Under the pieces are notes generated by a model. The model did not search any database. It was not told the origin of the DNA and saw only the letters and a list, made by a program, of their open reading frames with translations. Shown one piece after another: positions 59,732 to 64,000 of a stretch of 64,000 nucleotides of DNA (within the stretch, counting starts at the first letter, position 1; each line of letters begins with the position of its first letter). The translations under genes and the position numbers were made by a program. Source of the DNA: Blepharisma stoltei ATCC 30299 (taxonomy: Eukaryota > Protista > Ciliophora). Location of the stretch: the NCBI GenBank assembly GCA_965603825.1, contig CBFDEM010000012.1, forward strand, positions 62,001-126,000, read 5' to 3'.

Positions 59732-60772
59732 TTATCTTCTTGGAGGATTTGGTGTGAAAGTTCTCCAGTGCATTGAAGGGGCTGGGCGATTTCCAAGCAA
59801 GTCTTCAATTCTCGCAAGAACTTCAGGTGTTAACTTTTTCATAACATCTACAGCACCAAGATTGTCATCAAGATGATGAGAAGCACTAGCACCCATAATT
59901 GCAGTAGAAACATCAGGATTTTTAATTACCCAAGAAAGAGCAAGTTGTGCTTGTGAGCATCCTAGCTCATCTGCTAAAGCTTTTAATCCAGTCAAAGTTT
60001 TAATAGCAGCTTCTTTTCTGCTTCCAATATGTTTGTCATACCATTGTCTAAACAAAGCAGTAAATGGGCTGCTTTCGAGTCTTCCAGCTGGAATATTTCC
60101 ATCATTGTATCTTCCTGACAAAAGTCCTCCACACATAGGAGACCAAACAGTTGTTCCTAGTCCATATTGGTCGAATAAAGGCACATAATCTCTCTCAACA
60201 ATTCCTCTTTCGAACATATGATACTCGCATTGCTCAACAATTGGAGGAATCCATCCATGTTTTTCACAAATTGCAAAACACTCAGAGATCTGCTGAGGAG
60301 TAAAGGCAGAAGTTCCCCAATAGAATGCTTTATCGCTCTCTATGATTTCATTGATAATTCTGATAGACTCTTCAAGTGGGACTTCTGGATCGAATCTGTG
60401 GAGGTAAAGTACATCAACATAGTCAAGCTGCATTCTTTCTAAGGAATGATCAATTGCTTGTCTTATCCTTTTGCGACTCAATCCTTGGATTCCGAATCCT
60501 GAAGGGGCTAACTTAGTAGTTATAATAAGATCATCTCTGTCATATCCCCCTTGCTTGAAATTCCTTCCAAGGACTGTTTCAGCGATTCCGAGGCCATAAA
60601 ATTCAGCTGTATCAAAAAAATTGACTCCTCGTCTGATGCACTTGTCGACGCACTCAAAGTTCCATTGCTCAGTACCATCACCCCATCCGCTTGTCATATT
60701 GCCGAAGCTGAGGACTGAAACTTTTAGTCCTGACCTTCCAAGATATCGATATTCCATTGATTCAGACTCCAT
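59732..60772 (-). CDS. Aldo-keto reductase, Kv-beta (AKR6)-like, copy 1
   Basis: YRYLGRSGLKVS, FFDTAEFY, GLSRKRI, KAFYWGTS, WSP. Confidence 0.95.
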   Translation of the reverse strand: MESESMEYRYLGRSGLKVSVLSFGNMTSGWGDGTEQWNFECVDKCIRRGVNFFDTAEFYGLGIAETVLGRNFKQGGYDRDDLIITTKLAPSGFGIQGLSRKRIRQAIDHSLERMQLDYVDVLYLHRFDPEVPLEESIRIINEIIESDKAFYWGTSAFTPQQISECFAICEKHGWIPPIVEQCEYHMFERGIVERDYVPLFDQYGLGTTVWSPMCGGLLSGRYNDGNIPAGRLESSPFTALFRQWYDKHIGSRKEAAIKTLTGLKALADELGCSQAQLALSWVIKNPDVSTAIMGASASHHLDDNLGAVDVMKKLTPEVLARIEDLLGNRPAPSMHWRTFTPNPPRR

Positions 60773-61282
60773 TTTTCCTTTATTAATTTACTCTCCCTCA
60801 ATTCTGAAGTTTTGTTAAAAAATGGCTCTATGCAACAAATTTTCTTATAATTATGACTGATCGATTAAAATAATTTTATAAAACAGTAATGATTATTTAT
60901 AGTAGTTTTATTTTGGATTTGCTTATTAAATAAAAATTAATTATCCATCTCTATTAAATTCTAATTTTCAGAAACTGAATTTTCTTATTAAGCTGCTTTA
61001 TTTCAAATATATTAAATTTTTATAATTATTTTTGCTATTAGTTAGTAAAAGCGCCGTAAGTCAATTTTTCTACCAATTCTTGATTTTTCTCATAGCATTT
61101 AAGGAAATGGCAGCTATTATAATTATAAAAATGCTAGCTTTATTAAAATTTTGATTTCAGCATATTTTTTAAAATCCATATCAAAACTAGAAACAAATGC
61201 TTATCAATATTAGATTTTCTATTATAAGTGATTTATGATTCCATTATTGATTATGAGCTTTTGATATATCTAATGTGATGTC

Positions 61283-62323
61283 TTATCTTCTTGGAGTATT
61301 TGGCGTGAAATTTCTTCAGTTCATTGATGGTGTTGGCCTATTACCAAGAAGATCTTCAATTCTTGCAAGAATTTCTGGTGTCAATTTTTTCATGGCATCA
61401 ACTGCACCAAGGTTATCATCAAGGTGTCTAGGCGAGCTAGCACCCATAATTGCAGTAGACACATCAGGGTTTTTAATTACCCATGCTATTGCTAATTGTG
61501 CTTGAGAGCAGCCTAATTCGTCTGCTACAGTTTTTAACCCAGTCAAAGTCCTAATAGCTGCTTCTTTTCTGCTTCCAATATATTTATCATAACATTCCTT
61601 AAAATAATCAAGAAATGGACTATTTATTAGTCTTCCTTCAGGAATATTTCCATCATTATATCTTCCAGACAAAAATCCTTGACATAAAGGAGACCAAACT
61701 GTAGTCCCTAGCCCGTATTGGTCAAATACAGGAGCATAATCTCTTTCAAACGTTCCTCTATCAAACATATGATATTCACACTGCTCCACAATTGGAGGAA
61801 TCCATCCATGCTTTTCGCAAATTGCAAAACATTCAGAAATTTGCTGAGGTGTAAAATCAGAGGTGCCTCAATAAAACGCTTTATCATTATCTATGATTTC
61901 GTTAATAACTCTTATAGACTCTTCAAGTGGGACTTCTGGATCAAATTTATGAATGTATAAGACATCAACATAATCAAGCTGCATTCTTTCTAAGGAATTA
62001 TCAATTGCTTGTCTCATCCTTTTACGACTAAGTCCTTGAATTCCGAATCCAGATGGATTCAGCTTTGTAGTGATAATAAGATCATCTCTATCGTACCCTC
62101 CTTGCTTTATATTTTTGCCAAGAATTGTTTCAGCAACTCCAAGGCCATAAATCTCAGCAGTATCAAAAAAATTGACTCCATTTCTTATGCATTTATCTGT
62201 GCAATTGAAATTTCAATCCTCAGAACCTTCTGCTCAACTACTGGTCATATTCCCGAAACCGAGCACTGAAACTTTTAAGCCTGATATACCAAGATATCGA
62301 TATTCCATTGACTCAGTTTCCAT
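61283..62323 (-). CDS. Aldo-keto reductase, Kv-beta-like, copy 2
   Basis: 1041 nt like both neighbours; TGA at 62234, 62213, 61868 and 61316 all align to TGG-Trp in the paralogues. Confidence 0.92.
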
Positions 62324-62768
62324 TTTTACTCTATTTTATTTTCTCCTGCTTACTAAGGCTTTGTTAAAAAATGGAAACTCGCAAGCTCATCTAATAGTTA
62401 CATTTTAATCCTTTATATATTTTATATCGTTTTGGCTATCCATTAATAAAAAGCCTTCTTTATGCTTATCATAGCAATGCTTTATTAATTAATAATTTTT
62501 AGTCAAAAATTAAAAAAATACATTTATAAAGTTGTTAATGTTTCTTAGAATGATTGCATGAATCTTAATTTTGGAAATCAAATATTCAATTAGCAAATAG
62601 TTAATCAGGTTCCACCTCATAAAAATAGAAATAGACAGCTCGCCATGAAAAGCTTGTTTACTTTTTGGCAATATTTATTTAATAAAAATTATTTTATTTT
62701 GTATTGAATTCATTGATTAGCTTTTCTAATTCATATTTTTTAGGAAATTGAATTAATGCTTACTGACT

Positions 62769-63809
62769 TTATCTTCTTGGAGGATTTGGTGTGAATGTTC
62801 TCCAATTCATTGACGGAGCTGGTCTATTACCAAGCAAGTCTTCAATTCTTGTAAGAACTTCTGGGGTCAATTTTTTAATGACTTCAATAGCGCCTATATT
62901 GTCATCCATATGATGAGGAGCACTAGCACCTACAATAGCAGTAGACACGTCAGGATTTTTAATTACCCATGCAAGTGCAAGCTGAGATTGAGAGCATCCT
63001 AACTCCTCTGCTAAAGCTTTTAACCCGGTCAAAGTTTTAACAGCCTCTTCTTTTCTGCTCCCAATAAATTTATCGTATCTCTGTTTAAAAAAATTAACAA
63101 ATGGATTGTTTTCAAGTCTTCCAGCTGGAATATTTCCATCATTATATTTTCCAGATAATAGACCTCCGCATAAAGGTGACCAAACTGTAGTTCCAAGCCC
63201 ATATTGGTCAAATAATGGAACATAATCTTTTTCAACAATTTCTCTTTCAAACATATGATATTCGCATTGCTCAACAATTGGTGGAATCCATCCATTGTTT
63301 TCGCAAATTGTAAAACACTCAGAGATCTGCTGAGGAGTAAAGGCAGAAGTTCCCCAGTAGAAAGCTTTATCATTATCAATAATTTCATTCATAATCCTAA
63401 TTGTTTCTTCAAGCGGAACTTCTGGATCAAATCTGTGAAGGTAAAGTACATCAACGTAGTCTAGTTGAAGCCTTTCTAAACAGTGGTCAATTGCTTGTCT
63501 TATCCTTTTGCGACTAAGGCCTTGGATTCCAAATCTTACAGGACTTAGCTTAGTTGTTATAATAAGATCGTCTCTATCCCAACCTCCCTGCTTTATATTA
63601 TTTCCTAATATTTTTTCCGCAACTCCAAGGCCATAACCTTCAGCAGTGTCAAAAAAATTAACACCTCCTCTAATGCATTTATCCATACATTGAAAATTCC
63701 ACTCTTCAGCTCCTTTGTCCCAACTGCTAGTCAAATTTCCAAAGCTTAAAACTGAAACTTTAAGTCCTGAATTCCCAAGATACCGATATTCCATTGACTC
63801 GGACTCCAT
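62769..63809 (-). CDS. Aldo-keto reductase, Kv-beta-like, copy 3
   Basis: Same motifs as copy 1; 346 aa. Confidence 0.95.
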   Translation of the reverse strand: MESESMEYRYLGNSGLKVSVLSFGNLTSSWDKGAEEWNFQCMDKCIRGGVNFFDTAEGYGLGVAEKILGNNIKQGGWDRDDLIITTKLSPVRFGIQGLSRKRIRQAIDHCLERLQLDYVDVLYLHRFDPEVPLEETIRIMNEIIDNDKAFYWGTSAFTPQQISECFTICENNGWIPPIVEQCEYHMFEREIVEKDYVPLFDQYGLGTTVWSPLCGGLLSGKYNDGNIPAGRLENNPFVNFFKQRYDKFIGSRKEEAVKTLTGLKALAEELGCSQSQLALAWVIKNPDVSTAIVGASAPHHMDDNIGAIEVIKKLTPEVLTRIEDLLGNRPAPSMNWRTFTPNPPRR

Positions 63810-64000
63810 CTTACTTTATAATTCTTCTTCAATCAATTTAATTGTAAAACATTAGATAAGAAAACTGAAAGAATTGTTAAAATATTTAATTTTTATCAAG
63901 GAGAAGAGCATTTTTATTTTCATTATTCAATTTTGGCATTTGCTAACTTGGTGAGGGATTTAATAAAATCTATAAAGTGAAGGCATATTAAAGAATAAGC

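Overview
Gene-dense, AT-rich eukaryotic DNA that reads as a heterotrich ciliate somatic (macronuclear) chromosome, most likely Blepharisma (inference). TGA is read as Trp, only TAA/TAG stop, and introns are 15-16 nt with an A at position -6. The supplied ORF track therefore fragments many genes; re-reading gives about 35 protein genes. These include an aspartic protease, two BI-1/TMBIM genes, RRP40, a patatin lipase, CKS1, a Rab, NDUFS5-like, INTS3, Cyc8-like TPR, a HECT E3, ATP synthase delta, glucosidase II alpha, centrin, RPS28, three acyl-CoA oxidases (one pseudogene), HSP10, an ABCC transporter and three Kv-beta-like AKRs, plus a normal tRNA-Leu(CAG). The most unusual elements are: (1) three tRNA-like Pol III genes with one shared body but aberrant, divergent anticodon arms (20.8-21.5 kb); (2) a ~445-bp fold-back non-coding element containing 1.5 copies of the heterotrich telomere repeat, either a MITE relic or a telomerase-RNA candidate; (3) a 690-aa ATP-grasp-like/truncated-haemoglobin fusion; (4) a required 16-nt GT-GG intron and an apparent 55-nt intron; (5) strongly gene-specific TGA versus TGG usage. 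All calls were made by eye; no searches were run.
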